Of a DNA stretch of 62,305 nt, positions 30,677-41,085 are shown in pieces (the first letter of the stretch is position 1; the number at the start of each line of letters is the position of its first letter). A program made the position numbers and the translations under genes. Below the pieces are notes generated by a model, which ran no database searches, was not told the DNA's origin, and saw only the letters and a list, made by a program, of their open reading frames with translations. The stretch is taken from assembly GCA_049581885.1 (NCBI GenBank), contig JBAUSV010000200.1:1-62305 (forward strand). Direction: 5' to 3'. Source of the DNA: Gammaproteobacteria bacterium (lineage in GTDB: Bacteria; Pseudomonadota; Gammaproteobacteria; JAKDMP01).

Positions 30677-31429
30677 ATGAGAGCCGGACTACCCACTTCG
30701 TGCCCCGTACTCGTTGCCCACCGGGGCGACGTCGAGCATTACACGGAAAACACGTTGGCAGCTTTTGCAGGAGCCGCGAAACTCGGCGTCACGCATGTCG
30801 AACTGGATGTCCAGGTCACGAGCGATGGCGTACCCGTTGTTCTGCACGACCCGTCTGCAGCACGCACGCACGGCGTGTCCGTCGACGTACGCAAGCACAC
30901 CGCGGAAACCCTTGCACGCCACGGCCTGTTCGACCCCGACCGCTTTGCCTGCCCGGTCGCGCGCCTCCGGGACTTTGTCGCATGGATGGGTGGCATCCCC
31001 GGCATGCACGTCTTCGTCGAAATCAAGAAGGAAAGCATCCGGACCCGGGGGCGCGAACGCGTCCTGAAAGTGGTCGGCGACGCGCTGACCCCCATTGCCG
31101 GACGCTATACGCTCATCTCCTATGATGCGCGCATCCTGGCGATGGCTCGCCAGCACGGCCATCCCGTGGGCTACGTGCTGCCCACCATGGGAAATCGCTA
31201 TCGGATCATCGCCGAGAACCTGGCGCCGGAATTCGTCTTCGCCGACTGCCGGCAGATTCTTCGCGCGGGCGGGATCTGGCCCGGCAACTGGAACTGGGCC
31301 AGCTTCGAAATTGAGGACATCGTGACCGTGCAGCGCCTGATCGGTCTCGGCGTGCGCTACATTGAAACCATGAAGCCCGCGGCGCTGATCGACGCGTTCC
31401 TCCGCCGACCCGAAACCCTGGTCTCATAA
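30677..31429 (+). CDS. glycerophosphodiester phosphodiesterase family protein (no signal peptide)
   Basis: VAHRGD...ENTLAAF..A...G...VELDVQ.T.DG.PVV.HD motif. Starts 12 nt after the permease stop. Confidence 0.8.
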   Translation: MRAGLPTSCPVLVAHRGDVEHYTENTLAAFAGAAKLGVTHVELDVQVTSDGVPVVLHDPSAARTHGVSVDVRKHTAETLARHGLFDPDRFACPVARLRDFVAWMGGIPGMHVFVEIKKESIRTRGRERVLKVVGDALTPIAGRYTLISYDARILAMARQHGHPVGYVLPTMGNRYRIIAENLAPEFVFADCRQILRAGGIWPGNWNWASFEIEDIVTVQRLIGLGVRYIETMKPAALIDAFLRRPETLVS

Positions 31430-31467
31430 ACGCAAGACGCAGGAGGACGCCCGCGCCTTTCTGCTCC

Positions 31468-31494
31468 GGCATTCCACCTCACGGTCGGAATGCC
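31468..31494. terminator. hairpin ggcattcc-11 nt-ggaatgcc between convergent genes
   Basis: 8-bp stem read directly, between the GDPD gene (+) and the DUF302 gene (-). Confidence 0.4.
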
Positions 31495-31596
31495 ATCATT
31501 CCCCGGCGGGTTTTACGATGATCTCCACGTTCATGCCGTTCTCGTCGTGAGTGGTAATCGGGTAAGCCATGATCAAGCGAAATCCGTAGTGTTGTC

Positions 31597-31998
31597 TTAG
31601 CCGGGTGCGCCGAGCGCACGACTGGCGCGCTCCAGGCACTCGCGGACTTCGCGTCCGATCGTATCCAGTTTCGCGTTGCCCACGATGCCGAGCACGGCCT
31701 CGGGATCCATGAACGACACCGTGACGCGTCCGTCTTCCGTTTCCCGCACCACGACGTTGCAGGGCAGCAGCAGGCCGATATCCGGCTCGGCTTCGATCGC
31801 CTGTTCGGCAAACCCGGGGTTGCATGCCCCGAGAATGCGATACGGACGATGATTGTGGTTCAGCTTCTTCTTGAGCGTAGCGGCCACGTCGATGTCGGCC
31901 AGCACGCCGAAACCTACCTTCTGCAATTCCGAGGTAACACGTTCCACCGCTTCGTCGAAGCCGGAATCGAGCGTCACCGAAAAACCGTATTCAGTCAT
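31597..31998 (-). CDS. DUF302-domain protein
   Basis: 133 aa. Start MTEYGFSVTL is preceded by AGGAGG at an appropriate distance. Pattern ...ILGACNP... is typical of DUF302. Confidence 0.7.
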   Translation of the reverse strand: MTEYGFSVTLDSGFDEAVERVTSELQKVGFGVLADIDVAATLKKKLNHNHRPYRILGACNPGFAEQAIEAEPDIGLLLPCNVVVRETEDGRVTVSFMDPEAVLGIVGNAKLDTIGREVRECLERASRALGAPG

Positions 31999-32066
31999 TT
32001 TCTCTCCTCCTGTTGTATTCGACAATGGGATGGCCCCGCCTATCCCGTGACAAACCTCCGCGACGG

Positions 32067-34487
<2,421 letters not shown>

Positions 34488-34494
34488 TCTTACC

Positions 34495-35166
34495 TCACAT
34501 GCCGTGCTTTATGCCGACCTTCACCAGCCACCAGTTCGCGGGATAGGTCGTGGCGAAGCCGATGACCATGCCCACCTGCATCATGAACCAGAACAGTGCC
34601 GTGTCCGCTCCCAGGCCGGGAAACCACACGAGACGCACCAGCGCCATCCAGCCGAAAAGGCCGATCTCGAAAGCGATCAGCGACAGCGTGTCGGCCTTGA
34701 CGGCCGACCACAGCGCCTTCAGACGCGAGGGTTCGCCCATCGCCCGGATCGGCAGGTACTGGAAAAGAATGCCCAGCACGTACGCCGCGCTGAAATCGAG
34801 AATGAAGGAAGTGCCGAGCGCAAACGGCACGAGCACGATGCCGAATGAGGCAATCAGCACATCGGCGATGATGTCGCCCAACGTGCAACCTGCGCCGCAG
34901 TGGCTCGCCGAAATGAACACGCTTTGCCAGTAGGACGTGCGCGACGGCGCCTCGTCGCCGCCGCCGGACCCGCGGCCGAAACGGCCGTAGAAAAACAGCA
35001 CAGCCGGTCCGAAATACAGGGCCGTGACCGGCCATACCGCTTCCATTATCCGCATCGGCTGGCGTCGTCCCCGTGCGATATCGATCCCGATCGCGGCCGC
35101 CGTAGCGACCGCCAGCACGAGCCAAGTCCAGGCCAGACTATCGAGCCAGACGGGGATTGCATTCAT
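34495..35166 (-). CDS. DUF4396-family membrane protein
   Basis: 223 aa, polytopic, with the conserved [11 protein letters not shown] block. Start overlaps the upstream stop. Confidence 0.7.
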   Translation of the reverse strand: MNAIPVWLDSLAWTWLVLAVATAAAIGIDIARGRRQPMRIMEAVWPVTALYFGPAVLFFYGRFGRGSGGGDEAPSRTSYWQSVFISASHCGAGCTLGDIIADVLIASFGIVLVPFALGTSFILDFSAAYVLGILFQYLPIRAMGEPSRLKALWSAVKADTLSLIAFEIGLFGWMALVRLVWFPGLGADTALFWFMMQVGMVIGFATTYPANWWLVKVGIKHGM

Positions 35167-35498
35167 GGCATATTTCCCTCGTGTCCTTCTACGTAAAACG
35201 CTTTGAGCGCCGAGTGAATCATGTCCATGCTCGGCGCGCTTGCCAGTCCGTCCCGGCCCGCATAAAGGCGGCAGCAGGCCGCATCCGAAGCGGCCGGCGC
35301 CACATCGCGACCGTCCACGAGAACTGTCGGCGAGCCGCAGGCCCGCAATGCCTCGGGCGTGGCGGAATCGTCACGATTCCATTCGCGCCATTCGAGCGTC
35401 ATCCCCGCTGCGGCAAGCGCGTCCCGAATCGCTTCGCGGGCGGCCTCCACGTGCGGGCATTCGGTGAAATAGACCAACTCGACCCGGGTCGCGCTCAT
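35163..35498 (-). CDS. small thioredoxin/glutaredoxin-fold protein
   Basis: 111 aa. VELVYFTECPHV and GSPTVLVDGRDV are typical of the glutaredoxin-like fold. 4-nt overlaps on both sides. Confidence 0.55.
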   Translation of the reverse strand: MSATRVELVYFTECPHVEAAREAIRDALAAAGMTLEWREWNRDDSATPEALRACGSPTVLVDGRDVAPAASDAACCRLYAGRDGLASAPSMDMIHSALKAFYVEGHEGNMP

Positions 35499-35920
35499 GC
35501 CGGCTCCGCATTCAGCAAGGCAGCGAGTATCGGGCAGTTATCGGCCGACCCCTTCCCGTCGCATTGGGCAGACAGCGCCTCCAACCCGTCGCGCATGCAT
35601 TCGAGATCGTGAATGCGGGTCTCGACTTCCCGGATGCGTTTTTCGGCAATCGACTTGACCTCGTCGGCTCCGGCATCTGCGCGGTGATGCAGGGAAAGCA
35701 GTTCGCGGATCTCCTCCAGCGAGAACCCCAACACCTGTGCGCGCCGGATGAATACCAGGCGGCGTTCAGCCTCCGGGCCGTAGAGACGGTAGTTGGATTC
35801 GGTGCGGCGGTCCGGTCGGATCAAGCCCAGATGCTCGTAGTAGCGCAAGGTCTCCGCACCCACGCCCGCGTTGCGTGCAAGTCGGCCAATCGTCATCTGG
35901 CGCATTGCCTGTTTACCCAT
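35495..35920 (-). CDS. MerR-family metal-responsive transcriptional regulator (CueR/MerR-like C-terminal Cys pair)
   Basis: HTH MTIGRLARNAGVGAETLRYYEHLGLI, coiled-coil, C-terminal CDGKGSADNCPIL (C-x8-C-P). The start could be one of the later in-frame Met codons. Confidence 0.85.
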   Translation of the reverse strand: MGKQAMRQMTIGRLARNAGVGAETLRYYEHLGLIRPDRRTESNYRLYGPEAERRLVFIRRAQVLGFSLEEIRELLSLHHRADAGADEVKSIAEKRIREVETRIHDLECMRDGLEALSAQCDGKGSADNCPILAALLNAEPA

Positions 35921-35939
35921 GGTGGCCCAACCAGAAACA

Positions 35940-35962
35940 ATAAAGTTTATAGTTTACTTTAT
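35940..35962. promoter_or_regulatory. 7-9-7 dyad ATAAAGT-N9-ACTTTAT upstream of the MerR-led operon (candidate operator)
   Basis: Read directly. Lies 20-40 nt upstream of the merR-like start and overlaps a TATAAA box on the minus strand. Confidence 0.3.
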
Positions 35963-36071
35963 ACTTTTTACGCAAACCTATCGATATCGACGGACCCGAA
36001 TGCCGGCATACCGGCACCTGCCATTCCAAACGCGTAACCTATTCCCTGGAAACCGTTCGAGTACAGGGGGC

Positions 36072-37679
36072 ATGAATCACACCTCCGGACGCAACAACTT
36101 CGATTACGTGATCTTAGGCGCCGGATCGGCAGGTTGCCTGCTGGCGGAACGGCTGTCACGGAATCCTGCCCACCGCGTCGCGTTGATCGAGGCCGGTCCC
36201 GAATACGACGCCTGGCCGCTGCGCGTCCCCGCCGCCTTGCCTCTGTTGCTCCGCTCGCGGCGCTACAACTGGGCGTTCGACACCGTGCCCCAGCTCGAAC
36301 TCGTCAATCGCCGCCTGTACTGGCCCCGCGGCAAGGTACTCGGCGGCAGTTCCTCGATCAATGCCATGTGCGCCGTGCGCGGACCCGCGCACGACTTCGA
36401 CCTGTGGTCGGAGTATGGCGGTACCCCCTGGAGCTGGGCCGAGCTCGAACCCTTGCTGGGGGACATCACTACCGCGGAACCAGACAGTCATCCGAACCGG
36501 CTCGCAATCAGCCCACTACGCTACCGCCACCCCATCTCGGAAGCTTTTGTTGCAGCCGCACACGAGGCGGGCCACCCTGCTCTCCCCGATTTCAACGTGG
36601 ACATCCCCGACGGCGTCGGTTTCTACCCCGTATTCCAGCGCGAAGGCGAACGCTGGGAAAATGCCCGAGCCTTTCTCGAGCCGGCACGCGACCGCAATAA
36701 TCTCGCGGTACTGACCGAAGCCCGCGTGCTCAAGGTAGAGATTGACTCCGGGTCGCGGGCTACCGGGGTCCTGGTGCAGCGCAGCGACGATTCCCGGCAC
36801 ACCGTTTCAGCGCGGAACGAGGTGATTCTCTGTTGCGGTACGATCGGCACCCCGCACCTGCTTATGCTCTCCGGGATCGGTCCACCCGAAGAAATTCAGC
36901 GCTTCGGCATCGAAGTCCGACATGCCCTGCCCGGTGTCGGACGTAACCTGCAGGATCATCTCGACCTCACCCTGGTGAGCTACGCGAAGGGCGGTGGCAT
37001 CTCGGCACGCCCGCAGGACCTGCCGGGCAAGCTCCGCGCCTTTTTCGACTACCGGCTCAGCCGGACGGGTCCGTTCACCAGCAATCTCGCCGAGGCTGGC
37101 GGATTCATCCGCAGCGACCCCGCTCTTGCCCGCCCCGATCTCCAACTCCACTTCCTGCCGGCGGTCCAGCAGGACCACGGTCGCAAACTGGTCCGCACGA
37201 CGTTCTTCGCGGGCTGTGCGCTGCACGTCTGTGGCCTCTATCCCGCCAGCCGCGGCCGCCTCGGCCTGGCCAGTCCGGATCCGATGGTCGATCCGCTGAT
37301 CGACCCACGCTATCTTTCGGCCGAATCCGATCTGCGAACGCTGGTAAGCGGAGTGCGCCGGGCGCTCGACATCCTGCGCCAGCCCGCCTTCACGCCGTGG
37401 CGGCTGCGACCTTTCATTCCCCGCAACCCACCCATCGAAGACGTCGAACTGGAAACGCTCGTGCGCCAACGCGCCGAAACGATCTACCACCCGGTCGGCA
37501 CCTGCCGCTTCGGTACCGACGGGCAGGCCGTAGTCGATCCCGAACTGCGAGTGCATGGCGTCCGTAACCTGCGTGTCGCCGATGCCTCGGTGATGCCGAC
37601 TCTTATCGGCGCCAACACCAACATCGCCGCAACCCTGATCGCTGAAAACGCCGCCCGACTGCTTCTTGCAGACTCCTAG
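36072..37679 (+). CDS. GMC-family FAD oxidoreductase (choline dehydrogenase-like)
   Basis: FDYVILGAGSAGCLLAERLS, GGSSSINAM, C-terminal HPVGTCRFG and ADASVMP. Confidence 0.85.
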   Translation: MNHTSGRNNFDYVILGAGSAGCLLAERLSRNPAHRVALIEAGPEYDAWPLRVPAALPLLLRSRRYNWAFDTVPQLELVNRRLYWPRGKVLGGSSSINAMCAVRGPAHDFDLWSEYGGTPWSWAELEPLLGDITTAEPDSHPNRLAISPLRYRHPISEAFVAAAHEAGHPALPDFNVDIPDGVGFYPVFQREGERWENARAFLEPARDRNNLAVLTEARVLKVEIDSGSRATGVLVQRSDDSRHTVSARNEVILCCGTIGTPHLLMLSGIGPPEEIQRFGIEVRHALPGVGRNLQDHLDLTLVSYAKGGGISARPQDLPGKLRAFFDYRLSRTGPFTSNLAEAGGFIRSDPALARPDLQLHFLPAVQQDHGRKLVRTTFFAGCALHVCGLYPASRGRLGLASPDPMVDPLIDPRYLSAESDLRTLVSGVRRALDILRQPAFTPWRLRPFIPRNPPIEDVELETLVRQRAETIYHPVGTCRFGTDGQAVVDPELRVHGVRNLRVADASVMPTLIGANTNIAATLIAENAARLLLADS

Positions 37680-37683
37680 GACC

Positions 37684-39282
37684 CTACTCGCCCGCCGTAC
37701 CGATCATGCCCCGGTAGGATTCCGCGATTTGCTCGTCGGGCAGCTTGTTCGTCAAAGCCAGGCGCAGCGTGAGCAGCGACAGCACCACTACCGCGCCCAT
37801 GCCCTCGTAGATGTTGCACAGCCCAGTCCCTCCCATCGACGTCGGACTCGCATAACAAATCAGCCACATGCCCAGAAAGTACGGGAGCAACCACCAGGCC
37901 GGGCGCCACGTGGCAAGATCCCCGATACCACCTCGGCGCCGCAGCAGCCGGTAACCGGCATAGCAGACGAAGGCGCCGACAATGAGCGTGAGCAGGAAAC
38001 TCAACGCCGCATAACCCGCCCAGAACATGACGAAGTTGGAGGCGATGAAGGCCAGTGACGCCATGAGCCGCGGCGCCGGCAGACGGAAGGAGCGCCGTGC
38101 GAGCTCCGGCTGCGCCCTGCGCATCGCGAGCAGCACCACCGGTCCAATACCGTAGGACAGCACGGTAGCGGAAGATGCGTAGGTCACCAGCTTCTGCCAG
38201 GACGGGAAAGGCAGCAGGAACAGGATTCCGACCGCGAACGTGGCGAGCACGCCGGTCCACGGCACGCCATGGTGGTTCACGCGGGCGAAAAAACGCGGCC
38301 ACAAGCCCTCCTCACTCATCGCATGAAGAATCCGCGGCGTCGTCGTCACCCACATGTAGCCGCATAGGGCCGGCGAGACGATGGCGTCCGCGTACAGCAC
38401 TGTCGCCCAGAACGAGGCACCGATGACGAGCGCCAACCCCGCGAACGGACCCGCGACACCGCCGAAGGACAGGGTCCCCCACCCGGTGTCGGCGAGCTGT
38501 CCGGGCGGGACGGCCGTCACGAACGCGTACTGGAGCAGGATGAAAATGACGGCGCCGATCGCGATGGTGCCGAGCACCGCGATCGGCAACGCTCGGGCGG
38601 GATTTTTCGCCTCCCCCGCGAGATCGATGGCCTGGCGGAACCCGAACAGCGAGAAGAACACGCCCGCTGTCGATACCGAGGCAAACATGCTGGCCCACGG
38701 GTGCGGGGTATCCGCGGCGACGCCGAGATTTGAGGCGTGGTGCGAGAACACCAGCAGGATCACGATCGTGCCGATCGGCGTGCAGACCTTGAACCAGGTC
38801 GCGATGCTGTTGAACAACAGCACCAGGCGCAGGACCATGAAGTTGAGCGCGGTCATCCCCGCCAGGACCAATGTCGACGCCCAGACACCGATCGGCGTGA
38901 GTAGCAGCGTCTGCGGATCAACCAATCCGTGGATGTAGCTGTCGGCGTAGGTCACGACAGCCATCGCCTCCACCGGCGCGATCGAGACATAGGCCAGGAA
39001 CAGAATCCAGCTCCACACCCGCCCGACCAGCGGCCCATGGCTGACGAGGCTCATGTGGACGAGGCCGCCACTTTTCGGGAACATCGGTGCGAGTTCGGCA
39101 TAGACCAATGCCAGCAAAGCGATTACGACCGTGGCCGTAATCCAGGCACCGATGCTGAGCGGCCCGGCACTGCGCGCCGCCGCCAGCGGGGCGAAAAGCC
39201 AGCCGGAGCCGATCATGGTCGTGACGCCCGCAAGGAGCAGGCCGACCAGTCCCGCCTCCCTGCGCAGCCTACCGGTTGCCAT
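37684..39282 (-). CDS. APC-superfamily permease, paralogue of 24368-26014
   Basis: 532 aa. IGSGWLFA, AELAPMFPKSGGLVHM, WSWILFLAY are shared with the other copy. Confidence 0.85.
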   Translation of the reverse strand: MATGRLRREAGLVGLLLAGVTTMIGSGWLFAPLAAARSAGPLSIGAWITATVVIALLALVYAELAPMFPKSGGLVHMSLVSHGPLVGRVWSWILFLAYVSIAPVEAMAVVTYADSYIHGLVDPQTLLLTPIGVWASTLVLAGMTALNFMVLRLVLLFNSIATWFKVCTPIGTIVILLVFSHHASNLGVAADTPHPWASMFASVSTAGVFFSLFGFRQAIDLAGEAKNPARALPIAVLGTIAIGAVIFILLQYAFVTAVPPGQLADTGWGTLSFGGVAGPFAGLALVIGASFWATVLYADAIVSPALCGYMWVTTTPRILHAMSEEGLWPRFFARVNHHGVPWTGVLATFAVGILFLLPFPSWQKLVTYASSATVLSYGIGPVVLLAMRRAQPELARRSFRLPAPRLMASLAFIASNFVMFWAGYAALSFLLTLIVGAFVCYAGYRLLRRRGGIGDLATWRPAWWLLPYFLGMWLICYASPTSMGGTGLCNIYEGMGAVVVLSLLTLRLALTNKLPDEQIAESYRGMIGTAGE

Positions 39283-39305
39283 CGGTCCAGCTCACTGGCA
39301 ACGGT

Positions 39306-40055
39306 TTACGCGACACAGCGATGGCGGTAAAGCTGCTCGTAATGTGGCCAACAGGCATCGGCAAGACGCCGCAGCTCGTCGGGCAACGTCACGTTGCGCT
39401 CGCGGTACGGCGCAAAGCCGGTCGAGGCCCGCACGGCGTCGTACCAGTGCTCCGCCCAGACGCCGTCGCTTGCACGTGAGCCGGGCGGCCAGTGCAGCAT
39501 GCGCTCGCTGAAGGACACGCCCACGGCCTGGCACAGGTTCCGCAGCATCTTTTCAGGATCTTCGAGCACTTCGCGGGCATCGAGCACGGGTGGAGCCTCG
39601 CCCGCCTTCCCGGCCACTGTGTCGAACAGGCGCGCCTGCATCTCGAAACCGAGTTCCCACAGGGCCGGCTCCTCGCGACAGCGTGCGAATGACGCCACCA
39701 CCTCGCCGGGATCGCGGATCAGGAAGACGTTGGTCAGACCGCCCAGCCAGTCCAACTCCATGTCCGGCGTGACGTGCTGAGCCATGTGTTTCTGATACCA
39801 CACAGCCTTGCCGTCCGGCACGGTCCTGCACAATGACTGCGCCACGCGCCGCCAATCATTCTCCTGGGAGGCGATTACAGCCTCGCGCATCGCATGGGGC
39901 GCTCCGGTGGCCAGAAGGTAATGCGCATACAGCGGCTCGTCCGTGACCGCAGTGTCCCCGCGATTCTCCCAGGCGCGCATCATCGCCGTGGAGATGTTGC
40001 GCGGCCCCGACCACATCGCGATCCGTATCGGCTCGGACAGGCTTTCCCCACTCAA
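39306..40055 (-). CDS. P-loop sulfotransferase-like protein of unknown function
   Basis: WSGPRNISTAMMRAW...DEPLYAHYL N-terminal pattern. TTG start overlaps the upstream stop (TTGA). An alternative ATG lies at 40016. Confidence 0.55.
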   Translation of the reverse strand: MSGESLSEPIRIAMWSGPRNISTAMMRAWENRGDTAVTDEPLYAHYLLATGAPHAMREAVIASQENDWRRVAQSLCRTVPDGKAVWYQKHMAQHVTPDMELDWLGGLTNVFLIRDPGEVVASFARCREEPALWELGFEMQARLFDTVAGKAGEAPPVLDAREVLEDPEKMLRNLCQAVGVSFSERMLHWPPGSRASDGVWAEHWYDAVRASTGFAPYRERNVTLPDELRRLADACWPHYEQLYRHRCVA

Positions 40056-40978
40056 ACGCGAACCCCGTTTTCGGATTCCATGACCAGCAGTTCACGGTAA
40101 TGACGCTGCAGGCGCTCGGCCATGGGTCCGCGCGTGCCCGCGCCAAGCGTGCGCCCGTCCACCTCGCGTACGGGCACAACGCCGGCGAAGGTGCCGGTGA
40201 CGAACGCTTCGTCCGCACCGTAGACGTCGGTCAGGCTGAAGTCCTTCTCGAACACGGGAATGCCCTGCTCCCGGCACACCCGGATGACGTTCGCACGGGT
40301 AATGCCGCCGAGACAGTACTTGCCCGTCGAGGTCCAGACCTCACCCCGGCGCACAATGAAGAAATGCGTGGAATTGCAGGTCGCGACGAAACCGTGCGGG
40401 TCGAGCATCAGGCCCTCGTCGTAGCCGGCTTTCGTCGCCTGGATGCAGGCGAGGATGCAGTTGAGCTTGGAATGGCTGTTGAGCTTCGGGTCCTGCACAT
40501 CTGGCGCGCCGCGGCGCACGTACACGGTGTACAGGCGGATGCCTGTCTCCAGCGTTTCCGGCAGGGGCGTCTTGTACTCGGGGGCGATCACGATCGTCGG
40601 CGGGCTGACGATGACCCGGGGATCCTGGTAGGGCGTGGCCCGCACCCCGCGCGTGACCATCAGTCGGATATGCACCCCGTCGTGCATGCCGTTTTCGCGC
40701 AGCGTTTCCACGATGCGCGCCGTCAGTTCGCCACGCCCGAGCCCTATATCGAAATCGAGCGCCTTGGCACCCTCGTACAACCGGTCGAGGTGCTGATCCA
40801 GGAACGGCAGGCCGCCCTCGTGCAGGCGCAGGCCCTCCCATACGCCGTCGCCCAGCATGAACCCGCTGTCGAAGACCGAGACCTTAGCCTCACCACGCGG
40901 ATACAGGGTGCCGTCGATATTGATCCTGATATCCACATTGCGCGGATCATTGACGTAATCGTGGCTGCCTTTTGCCAT
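40052..40978 (-). CDS. class IV (branched-chain/D-amino acid) aminotransferase-like PLP enzyme
   Basis: DSGFMLGDGVWEGLR, EGAKAL, class IV fold pattern throughout. Start taken at ATG 40978 (GTG 40984 is also open). Confidence 0.85.
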   Translation of the reverse strand: MAKGSHDYVNDPRNVDIRINIDGTLYPRGEAKVSVFDSGFMLGDGVWEGLRLHEGGLPFLDQHLDRLYEGAKALDFDIGLGRGELTARIVETLRENGMHDGVHIRLMVTRGVRATPYQDPRVIVSPPTIVIAPEYKTPLPETLETGIRLYTVYVRRGAPDVQDPKLNSHSKLNCILACIQATKAGYDEGLMLDPHGFVATCNSTHFFIVRRGEVWTSTGKYCLGGITRANVIRVCREQGIPVFEKDFSLTDVYGADEAFVTGTFAGVVPVREVDGRTLGAGTRGPMAERLQRHYRELLVMESENGVRV

Positions 40979-41085
40979 ATCCACGCTTTCCCAAACGGAT
41001 ATAAGGCTGGAATACTAGCATTCCCTTCAATCGGGACACGAATACGTTAGAACGTATTACGCCTTTGCAAACGGCCAGCGATTAC

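Noticed and set aside
31499-31573. 24-codon ORF (MAYPITTHDENGMNVEIIVKPAGE) downstream of the DUF302 gene
   Set aside because: It has no ribosome-binding site and overlaps the convergent-terminator hairpin region. It is probably a chance ORF or a gene fragment.
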